The notes beneath the pieces are model-generated. The model did no database searches. It was not told the DNA's origin and saw nothing but the letters and a program-made list of their open reading frames with translations. A program made the translations under genes and the position numbers. Shown piece by piece: positions 63,058 to 64,000 of a stretch of 64,000 bases of DNA. The first letter of the stretch is position 1. The number at the start of each line of letters is the position of its first letter. Source of the stretch: Terriglobales bacterium (GTDB taxonomy: Bacteria > Acidobacteriota > Terriglobia > Terriglobales > Acidobacteriaceae); the NCBI GenBank assembly GCA_050011975.1, contig JBEKIB010000006.1:26433-90432 (forward strand). The letters run 5' to 3'.

Positions 63058-63930
63058 ATGCCGATGCCTCCCTCCAGCAGCGAATGCAGGCTTCTGCGCT
63101 TTGGCGTCTTTGAAGTCGACCTGGCCGCCGGAGAGCTGCGCAAAAACGGCGCTCGCATCCGGCTTCAGGAACAGCCGTTTCAAGTGCTCGCTGCCCTGCT
63201 GCAGAATGCCGGTCAAGTGGTCACGCGCGATGAGCTGCGCGAAAGAATCTGGCCCGCCGATACCTTCGTCGATTTCGATCACAGCCTGAACACCGCCGTG
63301 AACAAGATTCGCGAGTCGCTGGGCGATTCCGCATCGAGTCCCCGCTTCGTCGAAACCCTGGCCCGCCGCGGTTATCGCTTTATCGCCCCGGTCGAAGGCG
63401 TCGCGGCGGCAGCAACAGCATCCACGCAACCAGGCCCGGAGTACGTTGCTCTGCGACAGAATGATCTCGCGACGCCGACAGCCACGAGCGCCCTGCATCC
63501 CGAACTGCACGTACCCATTCCCCGGCGCGGATTGGTGCGCGCGCTTTTCGCGCTCATTCAGGCGATGTATCTCATCTTCTACCTGAGCGGTCTCGCTGGC
63601 CTGCACGATGCGGATCGGGTCGCGAGCAGCTTTCTCCCGGGCTGGCGAGCGCTTTTCATCGTGGGCGCAGTCCTGGTAACCGGAGCGGTGGGAATCCCGC
63701 TGCGGTTCTATTTGCTGTCCGCAGTCGCCTTCGATTTCCGCAAACTGGCCGGGACATTCGGACGCCTATTCCCGTTTGTTCTCGCGCTGGATGAGCTCTG
63801 GGCCATCGCGCCGTTCCTCCTGCTGCCGCAGATCGGAGTGGGCCTGGCGTTCGCCGCAACTGCCGCTTTGCTCTACGTTCCCTTTTCGGAGAGAACTCTG
63901 GTCCGCCTGGCTTATCAACTGGAGAGCTGA
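63058..63930 (+). CDS. CadC/ToxR-like membrane-bound winged-helix (OmpR/PhoB-type) transcriptional regulator
   Basis: 290 aa. The N-terminal trans_reg_C domain is RFGVFEVDLAAGELRKNGARIRLQEQPFQVLAALLQNAGQVVTRDELRERIW...FVETLARRGYRFIAP. About 4 TM helices follow. Confidence 0.8.
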   Translation: MPMPPSSSECRLLRFGVFEVDLAAGELRKNGARIRLQEQPFQVLAALLQNAGQVVTRDELRERIWPADTFVDFDHSLNTAVNKIRESLGDSASSPRFVETLARRGYRFIAPVEGVAAAATASTQPGPEYVALRQNDLATPTATSALHPELHVPIPRRGLVRALFALIQAMYLIFYLSGLAGLHDADRVASSFLPGWRALFIVGAVLVTGAVGIPLRFYLLSAVAFDFRKLAGTFGRLFPFVLALDELWAIAPFLLLPQIGVGLAFAATAALLYVPFSERTLVRLAYQLES

Positions 63931-64000
63931 GATCTCCTTAAGGTTTCTCTGCGACTTCCCTGGTTTTTGTGCGTGTTTCAGTTGCTCCCGCAAAACAAAC

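Noticed and set aside
63013-63606. 197-aa minus-strand ORF antisense to the CadC-like regulator
   Set aside because: It is a shadow ORF. The plus strand has a clear winged-helix trans_reg_C domain.
1-64000. Mobile elements, prophage, defence systems (CRISPR-Cas, RM, TA, retrons)
   Set aside because: No transposase, integrase, reverse transcriptase, nuclease/methylase pair or toxin-antitoxin-like small gene pair is recognisable in any frame. tRNA-Ser shows no adjacent integrase or direct repeat of its 3' end.

Overview
This is a 64-kb high-GC chromosomal segment. Its gene content looks acidobacterial (inference): two giant CarboxypepD_reg-type TonB-dependent receptors and many secreted glycoside hydrolases. 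I call about 50 protein genes and one tRNA-Ser(UGA). I saw no rRNA, CRISPR array, transposase, integrase or phage genes.

Layout:
- 1-18.7 kb: a pectin/hexuronate utilisation locus. It holds an IclR/KdgR-like regulator, an alpha/beta-hydrolase esterase, GH28, a TonB-dependent receptor, a KdgK-like kinase, then uxaC-exuT-larA-like-uxaE-SDR. An EamA transporter and a class-III aminotransferase sit in the middle.
- 19-37 kb: a plus-strand run of secreted proteins. It holds a second TonB-dependent receptor, a phosphoesterase, a multicopper oxidase plus NHL propeller, two tandem DUF4091/GH123-like paralogs, an HGSNAT-like transmembrane acetyltransferase, GH27, a GH20-like protein and a CBM9-like protein.
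- 37-42.6 kb: a LacI regulator and a galT-galK-SSS transporter operon with a textbook LacI-type palindromic operator.
- 43-64 kb: housekeeping genes, mostly on the minus strand. These are tRNA-Ser, DinB-like, FGE-like, thiE, an M48 peptidase, LOG, a TPR protein, a metallophosphoesterase, pyrR-pyrB-pyrC, GH3, miaA and a CadC-like regulator.

The most unusual signal is non-coding. Six intercistronic palindromes of 85-130 nt lie between co-directional genes. Each arm of each palindrome is itself a tandem array of a 7- or 8-nt unit. I cannot place this architecture in any repeat class I know.

Two metabolic hypotheses also deserve a look:
- A UxuA-less hexuronate route that uses UxaE plus a LarA-type epimerase.
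- An amino-sugar/galactose glycan degradation locus built around a lysosomal-type transmembrane N-acetyltransferase homolog.
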